A stretch of 64,000 nucleotides of DNA from Candidatus Eiseniibacteriota bacterium. GTDB lineage: Bacteria > Eisenbacteria > RBG-16-71-46 > CAZEPH01. Position numbers and translations under genes: made by a program. Numbering within the stretch: the first letter of the stretch is position 1; every line of letters starts with the position of its first letter. The notes under the pieces are model-generated. The model did not search any database. It was not told the DNA's origin and saw only the letters and a program-made list of their open reading frames with translations. The stretch is from contig JBGATO010000004.1 in the NCBI GenBank assembly GCA_044229145.1, positions 1 through 64,000 on the forward strand, read 5' to 3'. Of the stretch, positions 21,960 to 30,748 are shown one piece after another.

Positions 21960-23159
21960 TCAGGGCAGCTTGACGATCCGGCGCGCGCGCACGCTGCGGC
22001 CGTCCTCGACGCGCAGCAGGTACTGCCCGGCCGGCACGTCGCGCGCTTCCCACACGAGGCGCGTGTAGCCGGCGGCAAACGCGCCGTCGCGCAGCGTCAC
22101 CACGCGCCGGCCATCGACGCGCCACACGCTCACCGCGAGCCGCCGCGCCGCCGGCGTGCCGACCACGCACTCGACGCGATCGCGGAACGGCGACGGCGCG
22201 ACCGCCGCGATCGCCACCCCGCGCGGCGGGCCGAGCCGCTCGAGCAGCACCGTCGACGGCGACAGCGTCACCGTGATCGTGAACGAGGTCGCCGCACTCA
22301 AGCCGCCGGGATCGCGGGCGGTGAGCGTCACCGGGAGCACGTTGCCGACGTCCGCCGCCCCCGGCGTCCAGACGAACGAACCATCCGACGCATCGAATTG
22401 CGCGCCCGGCGGCAGGCCGGTCTCCTCCCACGCGAGCGGTTCCCCGTCGGGATCGCTGCCGCCCGGCGCCACCACCAGAAGTTCCTGCTCCGGCGCGAGT
22501 TGATCCGGAACCGCCGTGACCTGCGGCGCGCGATTCACATTCGCCACGGTGATGGTGAAGGACACGGAACCCGAGCCGCCGTGCCCGTCGTCGGCGGTGA
22601 GCGAGACGCCGGGGTAGGTGCCGGCTTGGGTGTACTCCGGCGTCCAGGTCAGCACTCCGGTGGCGGGATCCACGGACGCGCCGGCCGGCAGATTCCCGCC
22701 GACCCAGCTCAGCGCGTCGCCATTGGCGTCGCTGGCGCTCGGCGTCACGGTCAGCGTTTCGCCCTCGTTCACCGACTGCGGACCGATGGCGGCGATCAGC
22801 GGCGGGTCGTTCGGCACCTGCACCACGATCGTCATCTTCATGACCAGCGACTCGTGCGGGCGACAGAACACCGGCACGGTGCCCGGCGCGGAGAAGACGT
22901 ACTGGAACCACGCGTTGGCACCCGAGACCGTGGCGTCGAACAGCGTGCCGGCGGCGGGATCCGCCTGGCCGGTGCCGTTGGTGACGGTGTGCGTCTGCGC
23001 GGTGGCCGGGTTTTGCCAGCGCACGGTATCGCCCACCGAAATCGTCAGGCTGGTCGGCGTGAAGGCAAAGTTGGACAGCGCGACGGTGTGGCGCGTGGCG
23101 GCCGGCGCGGTGGCGGCGACGCAGAGCAGGGCGAACGCGAGCGGCAGCGCGCGGGGCAT
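21960..23159 (-). CDS. Secreted cupredoxin + two Ig-like repeats + FlgD/T9SS-like C-terminal domain
   Basis: Signal peptide; FTP..LTI.VGDTVRW, HTVT, FCRPHESLVM (type-1 Cu ligands); NDPP/NRAP..D.DGD.L.W..LP.GA repeats; W..RDVPAGQYLLR tail. Confidence 0.8.
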   Translation of the reverse strand: MPRALPLAFALLCVAATAPAATRHTVALSNFAFTPTSLTISVGDTVRWQNPATAQTHTVTNGTGQADPAAGTLFDATVSGANAWFQYVFSAPGTVPVFCRPHESLVMKMTIVVQVPNDPPLIAAIGPQSVNEGETLTVTPSASDANGDALSWVGGNLPAGASVDPATGVLTWTPEYTQAGTYPGVSLTADDGHGGSGSVSFTITVANVNRAPQVTAVPDQLAPEQELLVVAPGGSDPDGEPLAWEETGLPPGAQFDASDGSFVWTPGAADVGNVLPVTLTARDPGGLSAATSFTITVTLSPSTVLLERLGPPRGVAIAAVAPSPFRDRVECVVGTPAARRLAVSVWRVDGRRVVTLRDGAFAAGYTRLVWEARDVPAGQYLLRVEDGRSVRARRIVKLP

Positions 23160-23245
23160 GGCGAAACCTCGGTGTCGGGACGCGGCAGGGTGCGGCTGCG
23201 ATTATGGCGGACGCGGCGGCCCCGCAACAAGCGCCGCGCAGACGT

Positions 23246-23280
23246 AACGGCCCGGACAGCGGGCAGCCGTCCGGGCCGTT
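23246..23280 (-). terminator. Hairpin downstream of the upstream cupredoxin paralogue
   Basis: AACGGCCCGGAC...GTCCGGGCCGTT. Confidence 0.65.
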
Positions 23281-23334
23281 TCCGTCACCGCGCGCCCGCC
23301 TGGTGGAAGGCGGAGCGCATGCAGTGCCGGCCGA

Positions 23335-24558
23335 TCAGTCGATCTTGACCATGCGCTGCTGCACGACGCGTCCGGCGCTTTCGACGCGGAGCAGGTAGAC
23401 ACCACCCGCGACCTTGCCGCCGCGTGCGTCGGTGCCGTTCCAGCTGAAGCGCGAGTACCCCGAGGCGAGCGTGCCACGGCTGAGTTCAGCGACCTGACGG
23501 CCGGAGACCGTCCACACGCTGACCGTCGCCGTGGTGTGCGCCGGCGAGCCGACGATGATCTCCGCCTGGCCCCGGAACGGGTTCGGCGACACCGAGGCGA
23601 TCCCCAGCGCCGTCGGCACCGGCAAGCCGCCCACCGGAATGCCGGTCGGGTCGAGCGTCACCGTGATGTCGAACGACGCCGACCCGGCAAGCGCGCCGGT
23701 GTCGGTCGCGGTGAGCGTGACGTGCGACACGCTGCCGACATCGCTCGGCTGCGGCGTCCAGTCGATCTGACCGGTCGACGTGTTCAGCGTCGCGGCGCCG
23801 GGCAGGCCGGTGGCGCTCCAGGTGAGGACGTCGCCGTCCGGGTCGCTACCGCTCGGCGTGATGGTGAGCGGGTGCAGCTCCGCCACGCTCTGGTTGGCGA
23901 TGCTGTTCACGCTCGGCGCGCGGTTCACGTTGTTGACGGTGATCGAGAAGCTCGCCGAGGCGGTGCCGCCCTGGCCGTCGTTCGCCGTGATCGTGACGCC
24001 GTTGTAGAGACCGGACTGCGAGAAGGTCGGCGTCCACGTGAGCACGCCGGTCGATGACGACACCGAGGCGCCGCTCGGCAAGCTCGAGCCGCTCCAGGTC
24101 AGTGGGTTGCCGTCGACGTCATTCCCCACCGGCGTCACGGTCAGCAATTGGTTCTCGTTCACGACCTGGTTCGGGATCGCGTTCACGGTCGGCGGGTGGT
24201 TGGTGGAGTTGACCGTGACGTTCATCGTCATGTTGACCGACTCGTGCGTGCGGCAGAACACCGGCAGCGGACCGGCGGTCGTCGGCACGTAGATGTTCGA
24301 CACGTTGTTGCCGGTCATGTCGAAGTCGAACAGCGCGCCGGCGTTCGGGTCGAGCGAGCCGGTGCCGTTGGTGGCGGTGTGGAACTGCAGGCCGGTCGGC
24401 GCAGTGACGAAACGCAACGTGTCGCCGGTGTTGCAGGTGACGACCGACGGCGTGAACTTGTAGTTGGACAGCGTGATGTTGTACCGCGTGGCGTGCGCCG
24501 AGCCGGCGACGGCCAGCGCGGCGCCTGCGAGCACGCAGACGCGCGTGAGCATCTTCAT
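23335..24558 (-). CDS. Secreted cupredoxin + two Ig-like repeats + FlgD/T9SS-like C-terminal domain (paralogue)
   Basis: FHTATNG, FCRTHESVNM; SPNPFRG..WNGTDARGGKVAGGVYLLR. Confidence 0.82.
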   Translation of the reverse strand: MKMLTRVCVLAGAALAVAGSAHATRYNITLSNYKFTPSVVTCNTGDTLRFVTAPTGLQFHTATNGTGSLDPNAGALFDFDMTGNNVSNIYVPTTAGPLPVFCRTHESVNMTMNVTVNSTNHPPTVNAIPNQVVNENQLLTVTPVGNDVDGNPLTWSGSSLPSGASVSSSTGVLTWTPTFSQSGLYNGVTITANDGQGGTASASFSITVNNVNRAPSVNSIANQSVAELHPLTITPSGSDPDGDVLTWSATGLPGAATLNTSTGQIDWTPQPSDVGSVSHVTLTATDTGALAGSASFDITVTLDPTGIPVGGLPVPTALGIASVSPNPFRGQAEIIVGSPAHTTATVSVWTVSGRQVAELSRGTLASGYSRFSWNGTDARGGKVAGGVYLLRVESAGRVVQQRMVKID

Positions 24559-24669
24559 TGGAGCGTCACCTCTCGAGGAGTAGTGGGCAGAGTGGTGTGG
24601 AGCACAGAGCGCACGTTCGGGGCGTGCGCGGGAGAGAGGTGCGGTACGGCAACGTCAGGAGAGGTGCTC

Positions 24670-24699
24670 AGTATAGAGCAGGCCGGGGGGCGGCGGCAA
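24670..24699 (-). promoter_or_regulatory. Sigma70-type promoter for the cupredoxin gene
   Basis: TTGCCG-18 nt-TATACT. Confidence 0.55.
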
Positions 24700-24806
24700 G
24701 CGGCATGACGGGGGGCGCCGCCGCGCCGGGTGCGGCGGCGCAGCCTCGACACGGACGCGCCACGGCCCGTAGAGTGGGCGACTCGCCGCTTGCCCGGAGG
24801 ATTCGC

Positions 24807-26126
24807 ATGGATTTCGCCGCACGCCGCACCGACTTGCTGCGCCGCCTCGGCGGCGGCGTGGCCGTGGTCACCGCCGCACCCGAGGTCACGCGGTCGCACG
24901 ACTCGCTCTATACCTTCCGCCAGGACAACGACTTCTACTACCTCACCGGATTCGACGAGCCACGCGCGGTGGCGGTGATTTCGGACCTCGGCGACACACC
25001 GGGCCTGACCCTCTTCGTCCGGCCCCGCGACGTCGACCGCGAAACCTGGGACGGCGCGCGATGCGGTGTCGACGGCGCGGTGGAGCGCTTCGGCGCCGCG
25101 CAGGCTTTCCCCATCGACGAACTCGCGGCCAAGCTGCCGGCGTTGCTCGCCCAGGCGCCGCACGTCGCCTATACCGAATCGCGCGACGCCGGCCTGCACG
25201 CCACCATCGCGTCCGCCCTGCGCGCCGCCACCCGCGGCCGGGCCCGCCGCGGCCACGGCCCGCGCGCCATCTTCGACCTGGCGACCGAGGTTGCCGAGAT
25301 GCGCCTCGTGAAGTCGGAGGCCGAGTTGGTGGCGATGCAGGTCGCCGCCGATCTCACCGCCGCCGCGCACACCTCCGCGCTACGCGCCACCGCGCCCGGC
25401 GCCTGGGAGTATCAAGTCGAGGCCGCGTTCCTCTACGAAGCGCGCCGTCACGGCGCGATGGGGCCGGCGTATCCGCCGATCGTCGCCAGCGGCGCCAACG
25501 CCTGCACGCTGCACTACGTCACCAACGATCGCCAAATGCAGGACGGCGAGCTGCTGCTCATCGACGCCGGCGCGGAGTTCGGCCACTACGCCTGCGACGT
25601 CACGCGCACCTATCCGGTCGGCGGTCGCTTCAGCGAGGCGCAGCGTGCCGTGTACGAGTGGGTGCTGCGCGCCGAACTCGCCGGCATCGACCGCGTGCGC
25701 GTCGGCTGCCATTTCAAGGACGCGCACCTCGCCGCGGTGCGCGTGCTGTGCGAAGGGCTGGTCGACCTCGGCGTGTTGCACGAATCGGTCGACACGATCA
25801 TCGAGAAGGAGCTCTTCAAGCCCTACTACATGCACGCGACGGGGCACTGGCTCGGGCTCGACGTGCACGACGTCGGCATGCAGGTGGTGAACGAGGCGCC
25901 GCGCGCGCTCGAGCCAGGCATGGTGGTGACGGTGGAGCCGGGGCTCTACTTCGCGCCGCGCTTGCTCGAGGTGCCGGAGCGTCTGCGCGGCATCGGCGTG
26001 CGCATCGAGGACGATGTCGTCGTGACGACGGGCGATCCGTTCGTCTCGACGGCGGCGATTCCGAAGACGGTGGCGGAGATCGAGGCGGCGTGGGCGGCGG
26101 GGCGTGAGGTGGTGGCGGGCGTCTAG
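24807..26126 (+). CDS. pepP: Xaa-Pro aminopeptidase (M24B)
   Basis: FRQDNDFYYLTG.DEP, LIDAG.E..YACDVTRTYP, HATGHWLGLDVHD, TVEPGLY, GVRIEDD; SD GGAGG. Confidence 0.95.
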   Translation: MDFAARRTDLLRRLGGGVAVVTAAPEVTRSHDSLYTFRQDNDFYYLTGFDEPRAVAVISDLGDTPGLTLFVRPRDVDRETWDGARCGVDGAVERFGAAQAFPIDELAAKLPALLAQAPHVAYTESRDAGLHATIASALRAATRGRARRGHGPRAIFDLATEVAEMRLVKSEAELVAMQVAADLTAAAHTSALRATAPGAWEYQVEAAFLYEARRHGAMGPAYPPIVASGANACTLHYVTNDRQMQDGELLLIDAGAEFGHYACDVTRTYPVGGRFSEAQRAVYEWVLRAELAGIDRVRVGCHFKDAHLAAVRVLCEGLVDLGVLHESVDTIIEKELFKPYYMHATGHWLGLDVHDVGMQVVNEAPRALEPGMVVTVEPGLYFAPRLLEVPERLRGIGVRIEDDVVVTTGDPFVSTAAIPKTVAEIEAAWAAGREVVAGV

Positions 26127-26458
26127 GCGCGCAGAATCAACATGTGCTCGTCGGGATTTTGATCGAACTCGCGAATGATGTCAGCGGTGGCAATCAACAG
26201 TTCCTCTATCTCTCGTGTCCCCGCATTGCCAACGCTGAGCAAGATCACCTTTGGAGGAGCACCTCGCAAGACGCTCAGCGCGCGGAAATCGCTATCTTTC
26301 GACACGATGCTGAAGCCGTGCTGACCTGCGTGCCGCCAGATGGCGTCGTCCGTGGAGTTCCCCAGGCCGAGCGCCAGCACGTGGTCACTGTCGGGAAAGG
26401 TGTCGGCGACGCGAGCAGGGAGGCGAGAGCTCAAGTTTTCGTCAAATAGCAGCTTCAC
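26123..26458 (-). CDS. DUF5615 PIN-like toxin
   Basis: MKLLFDENLS, DDAIW, SKDSDF, GAPPKVI; GTGA overlap with the DUF433 stop. Confidence 0.9.
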   Translation of the reverse strand: MKLLFDENLSSRLPARVADTFPDSDHVLALGLGNSTDDAIWRHAGQHGFSIVSKDSDFRALSVLRGAPPKVILLSVGNAGTREIEELLIATADIIREFDQNPDEHMLILRA

Positions 26459-26682
26459 GCCGCGGAGGAACTGGAAAGACGGCGTTCACGCTCCGCGGCA
26501 AACCACAGACACGCCCGGATATCCTCGGCGGTCAGCTGCGGGAAGTCGGCGAGAATCGCCGCTTCGGACATTCCACCCGCCATGTATTCGAGGATATCGA
26601 ACACGGTGATGCGCGTGCCCTTGATGCACGGTTTCCCGCTGCGCACGCCGGGGGTGATGGTAACGCGGTCACGAAGATCCAT
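26455..26682 (-). CDS. DUF433 antitoxin
   Basis: PGVRSGKPCIKGTRITV.DIL, DFPQLTAEDIRACL.FAA. Confidence 0.93.
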   Translation of the reverse strand: MDLRDRVTITPGVRSGKPCIKGTRITVFDILEYMAGGMSEAAILADFPQLTAEDIRACLWFAAERERRLSSSSAA

Positions 26683-26735
26683 GCATCGAGCATATCCCCG
26701 GGCGGGAATCCTGTGCAAGTGGCGGGACTTGGCCG

Positions 26736-27545
26736 CTACTTCTGTCGGCTAAACGCCCACGAGCCGAGCACCACCATCACCAGCGAGAACGTGCCGACCA
26801 CCGCGACGTCGAGCGCCAGCGGGAACGAGTGCACGTGGACGAGGATCGCGCGCATGCCGTCCACCGCGTAGGAAATCGGGTTGACGCGCGTCGCCACGTG
26901 CAGCCAGCCGGGCAGGCCGTCCAGGTTGTAGAGCGCGCCCGACAGGAAGTACATCGGGAAGACCAGGAAGCTCAGGACGATCTGGAAGCCCTCGGGCGAT
27001 TCGAAGAACGAGCCAACCGCCAGCCCGAGTCCGGTGAGGCCCACCGAGATCAGCACCAGGAAGCCTAGTCCGGCGAGCGCGTCGGCCACACGCAGATGCG
27101 CGATGATGAACCCGAGCGCGATGAGCAACGTGCCTTGGATCACCGCGTCGGTCGAGCCGCCGAGCACCTTGCCGGTGAAGATCGCCACGCGCGACACCGG
27201 CGAGACCAGCACTTGCTTCAGGACGTCGAGCTTCTTGTCCCACACGATGTACATGCCGTAGAAGACGCACGTGAACATCGTCGACATGACGAGGATGCCG
27301 GGAAAGATGAACGCGCGGTAATTGCCGCCCGGCACCGCCATCGCGCCGCCGACGCCGCCGCCGAACACGAAGATCCACAACAGCGGCTGCACCAGCGACG
27401 AGAACACGCGCGACTTCTCGCGTTGGAACACCTTCAGCTCGCGAATCCAGATCGCGAGGATGCCTTCGAAGTCGCGGCGCAGACGGCCGGCGACGGTGTG
27501 ATCGGGCAGATCGTGGCCGCGCATCGCGGCGGATGTCGTCGTCAT
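26736..27545 (-). CDS. ABC-2 type exporter permease (DrrB-like)
   Basis: IWIRELK, FIFPGIL, LVSPVSR, FLSGALY, NPISYAVDGMR. Confidence 0.9.
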   Translation of the reverse strand: MTTTSAAMRGHDLPDHTVAGRLRRDFEGILAIWIRELKVFQREKSRVFSSLVQPLLWIFVFGGGVGGAMAVPGGNYRAFIFPGILVMSTMFTCVFYGMYIVWDKKLDVLKQVLVSPVSRVAIFTGKVLGGSTDAVIQGTLLIALGFIIAHLRVADALAGLGFLVLISVGLTGLGLAVGSFFESPEGFQIVLSFLVFPMYFLSGALYNLDGLPGWLHVATRVNPISYAVDGMRAILVHVHSFPLALDVAVVGTFSLVMVVLGSWAFSRQK

Positions 27546-27550
27546 CGAGA

Positions 27551-28540
27551 TTAGCTCCGCATGTGCCGCACGGCGGCTTCCATCCAGCTCGCGCCACCGT
27601 CTTCCTCGCGCATCGCGCGGCCGGTGACCGAGAGGAATACGTCTTCGAGTGTCGGCACGCGCACTTCCACCGCCGCGATGCCGCTCACCGCGCCGAACAC
27701 CGCGGGCAGCGCCTCCTCCGCCTTGGCGACGGTGAGCTGAATCCAGCCGTCGAGCAGTTCGGCGGAGCGCGTCATCGGGAGCGCGCGCAACGTGATGACC
27801 GCGGCGTCCACTGCTGAAGCATCGAGCAGACGGACGCGCACGAGATCGCCGCCGAGCGATTCCTTCAGCGCGCGCGGCGTGCCCATCGTCGCGATCTCGC
27901 CATGGTCGATGATCGCCACGCGATCGCAGAGTTGATCCGCCTCCTCCATGTAGTGCGTGGTCACCAGCACCGTCATGCCGTACGACTTCTTGAGCGAGGC
28001 GATGTAGTCCCAAATGTGGACGCGCGTCTGCGGGTCGAGGCCGAGCGTCGGCTCGTCGAGGAAGAGGATCTGCGGGCGATGCAGGAGGCCGCGCGCCAGC
28101 TCGATGCGCCGCCGCATGCCGCCGCTGTACGTCTTGCACAGCGCGTCGGCGCGATCCGCGAGATCGACGACCGCGAGCAGTTCGTCGATGCGCCGCGTGC
28201 GCTCGGCCGGTGGCACGCCGAACAGCCGCGCCGAGAGCATCATGTTCTCGCGCCCGGTAAGGATCGTGTCGACGGTGGGATCCTGGAACACCACGCCGAT
28301 CGAGCGCCGCACCGCGGCGGGATCCTGGCGAATGTCGTGGCCGGCGACCTGCGCGGTGCCGGAGGTCGGCAGCAGCACGGTCGAGAGCATGCTGAGCGTC
28401 GTCGTCTTGCCGGCGCCGTTCGGCCCGAGCAGGCCGAACACTTCGCCGGCCCCGATCTCGAGATCGAGGCCCTTCACCGCGACGAGCTCCTTGTACTCGC
28501 GGCGCAAGGCATGGGTGACGATGGCGGAGGTGGTGGACAC
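27551..28540 (-). CDS. ABC exporter ATP-binding protein (DrrA-like)
   Basis: GPNGAGKTT, YSGGMRRR, FLDEPT.GLD, TTHYMEEAD, PTLEDVFL. Confidence 0.93.
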   Translation of the reverse strand: MSTTSAIVTHALRREYKELVAVKGLDLEIGAGEVFGLLGPNGAGKTTTLSMLSTVLLPTSGTAQVAGHDIRQDPAAVRRSIGVVFQDPTVDTILTGRENMMLSARLFGVPPAERTRRIDELLAVVDLADRADALCKTYSGGMRRRIELARGLLHRPQILFLDEPTLGLDPQTRVHIWDYIASLKKSYGMTVLVTTHYMEEADQLCDRVAIIDHGEIATMGTPRALKESLGGDLVRVRLLDASAVDAAVITLRALPMTRSAELLDGWIQLTVAKAEEALPAVFGAVSGIAAVEVRVPTLEDVFLSVTGRAMREEDGGASWMEAAVRHMRS

Positions 28541-28678
28541 GGAGGTTCCTCAGGAGTCGGCGAAGCGGCCCGCGCGGGGCGGTCGAAGGGGCGCGAGCCT
28601 ACACGATTTCCTGAGATGCGTCGCCGTGGCGCGACGATGCGGTTGCACCCGCGATTGAATCCCGGCAGACTCGGCGCC

Positions 28679-29158
28679 ATGGACTATGAACTCTTGGAGC
28701 GCCTGCTGACGGCTCTCCACACGGAGGGAGTCGAGTACGTATTGGTCGGCGGTGTGGCCATGTCAGTGCACGGGCTCGTTCGCGCTACGGAAGACATTGA
28801 CCTGTTCGTCAGGCCCACCGAGGACAACGTGGCGCGCATCCGCGCCGCATTGTCCAGCGTCTGGAAGGATCCGTGCATCGAGGAGATTCGATACGAGGAC
28901 CTTGCCGGCGAGTACCCCACCATTCGGTATGCACCTCCTGGCACCGAGATCGTCGTGGTCTTGCTGACACGTCTCGGAGAGGCGTTCCACTATGACGAAC
29001 TCGAATGGATCGTCACATCTCTCGACAATATCCCCGTGCGCGTCACGACGCCGGCGCAGCTACATCGCATGAAGGTCGATACTGTACGCTTGGTCGACAA
29101 GCTTGACGCCGCGCGTTTGCGAGAAGCGTTTCCCGCGGAGTGTGGCGATGCCGATTGA
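28679..29158 (+). CDS. Nucleotidyltransferase-fold protein (AbiEii/DUF6036-like)
   Basis: YVLVGGVAMSVHG..RATEDIDLFV, MK..TVR.VDKLD. Confidence 0.8.
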   Translation: MDYELLERLLTALHTEGVEYVLVGGVAMSVHGLVRATEDIDLFVRPTEDNVARIRAALSSVWKDPCIEEIRYEDLAGEYPTIRYAPPGTEIVVVLLTRLGEAFHYDELEWIVTSLDNIPVRVTTPAQLHRMKVDTVRLVDKLDAARLREAFPAECGDAD

Positions 29159-29372
29159 GAAGTTCCGCGAGTTTGCGGACGCCGACGCCGCGGCATCCAA
29201 GCGCGGGCGAGATCGCAATCCAGGTGTGATTGCCGCGCGTTTACGCGCCGTGTGCGCCATCGCCTCCCTCACTTCGCCTCATCGATACGCACGTGGAGTG
29301 CGAAAGTTCCGAACGGTCGAGGACGCGATGCGCGACCGCGAGCGAGACGAGGCGATCTCGCGACGTCGATAG
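29148..29372 (+). CDS. 74-aa partner protein with a duplicated KFR motif
   Basis: MPIEKFREFADA...RGVRKFRTVEDA; overlaps the nucleotidyltransferase stop, SD GGAG. Confidence 0.65.
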   Translation: MPIEKFREFADADAAASKRGRDRNPGVIAARLRAVCAIASLTSPHRYARGVRKFRTVEDAMRDRERDEAISRRR

Positions 29373-29382
29373 CCACACGACG

Positions 29383-29412
29383 AACGGGGAGCCCCGAGTG
29401 AGGCTCCCCGTT
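29383..29412. terminator. Hairpin between convergent genes
   Basis: AACGGGGAGCC-N8-GGCTCCCCGTT. Confidence 0.7.
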
Positions 29413-29434
29413 GGCGCGATGCGCTGGTCTCCGA

Positions 29435-30460
29435 TTACCGGTACAAACTCTTGATCTTCCCCCACGTCGTCGGACGCGCCGGCGACGGCAGGTCGCACGC
29501 GTCGTGGATGCACGACGAGCCGATGCCGAGGAACACGCCGCCCTGCCGCGCGCACTGGTCCTGCCCGAGCAGGAAGCAGTCGCCGTCGATGCAGCAGCCG
29601 CCGGTGGCCGGCGGCGACGCGCACGTGAACGACTGGCACGCGAGCAGCACATTCGAGTCGAGGATGTGATCGCCCGCATCGGCCACCGCCAGCTTCATGT
29701 GGTTGGTGCCCGGCTGGATCGTCGCGGTGGCGTAGAAGACCTGCGTGAGGCCGTCCATCTCGGTGTTGATGAGCCCGCCGGCGTCGTCGAGGTCGTTGTT
29801 GCGGTAGCAGTCGCAGTTCGGCCCGCCGCCGAGCAGCGAGTACGGGTTGCCGCAGTTGACGTTGTTGATCGCCACCGGAATGCCGGGGGCGCTGCACGCC
29901 GCGGGTGTGATGGCGATGTTGACGCCGTTGAGGAAGAACCCGAAGACATCATTGAACGGTGAGTTGACCCACTCGTTGTATTCCTCGGACGCGAACACGT
30001 ACTGGAACGACATCACCGTCGGCTGCGAGCACGTGAAGTCGAATTCGAGCACGGTCGCGTCGAAGGTCGAGTAGCCGGGGATCAGCGCATCGAGGTCGGC
30101 GTCGCCGAGCAGATCGTTGTTGGTGCTGGTGTCGTCGAGCAGGTTGGGACCGACGATCGAGGTCACGTCGCCGCTGCTCAGGACGAGCCCCTGATCGATG
30201 CCGACGATGCCGGATCCACCCGAGAACGATCCGACCGCGTTGGGCGCGCCGGTGAGCGTCGCATTGGTGATCGTGACATCCGGCCCGATGAGGCATTGCA
30301 ACGCTTGCGTGAGATCGACCTGCTGCACGGTGAGGCCGCCAACCGTGGGTTGGTGCGGCGCCTTGATGACCCTCGAGAGCGGCTGCGGACGCTGCGCCAG
30401 AGCAGCGGAGGGCAGCGCCAGGCAGAGGAGAACGATGGCGATGCGAGGCACGAGACGCAT
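29435..30460 (-). CDS. Secreted choice-of-anchor-L-like protein with a Cys-rich module and TTWGKIKSLYR tail
   Basis: Signal peptide; GLVLSSG, DATVLEFDF, YVFASEEYNE..FNDVFGFF, MDGLT, KLAVADAGD..LDS; GGCC..C..C..C; ends PTTWGKIKSLYR*. Confidence 0.8.
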   Translation of the reverse strand: MRLVPRIAIVLLCLALPSAALAQRPQPLSRVIKAPHQPTVGGLTVQQVDLTQALQCLIGPDVTITNATLTGAPNAVGSFSGGSGIVGIDQGLVLSSGDVTSIVGPNLLDDTSTNNDLLGDADLDALIPGYSTFDATVLEFDFTCSQPTVMSFQYVFASEEYNEWVNSPFNDVFGFFLNGVNIAITPAACSAPGIPVAINNVNCGNPYSLLGGGPNCDCYRNNDLDDAGGLINTEMDGLTQVFYATATIQPGTNHMKLAVADAGDHILDSNVLLACQSFTCASPPATGGCCIDGDCFLLGQDQCARQGGVFLGIGSSCIHDACDLPSPARPTTWGKIKSLYR

Positions 30461-30748
30461 GGTGGTTTCCCCAAGTCGGGTGAGAGGACGGAGGCCGCCG
30501 GGGCGGCCGTGCCGTCGCGCGGGGACGCGGCAGGCGGAGACGGGGCGTGACCCTCTGAGTCTGGGGTGGCGGATGCGTCGAGCGCCATGCACACCACGTC
30601 GCGGCGCCGGGTGGCCGATGGGCGCACAGGCGGAAGGACCCCGGCGGGTCGCGCCGCAGCGTGGTAGGCTCGACCGCGGCGACGCCACTGCGCCCGCCTC
30701 GTCCCTCGCGGCCTCCGGCCGCCTCACCCGGCGAAGGAATCCCACACC

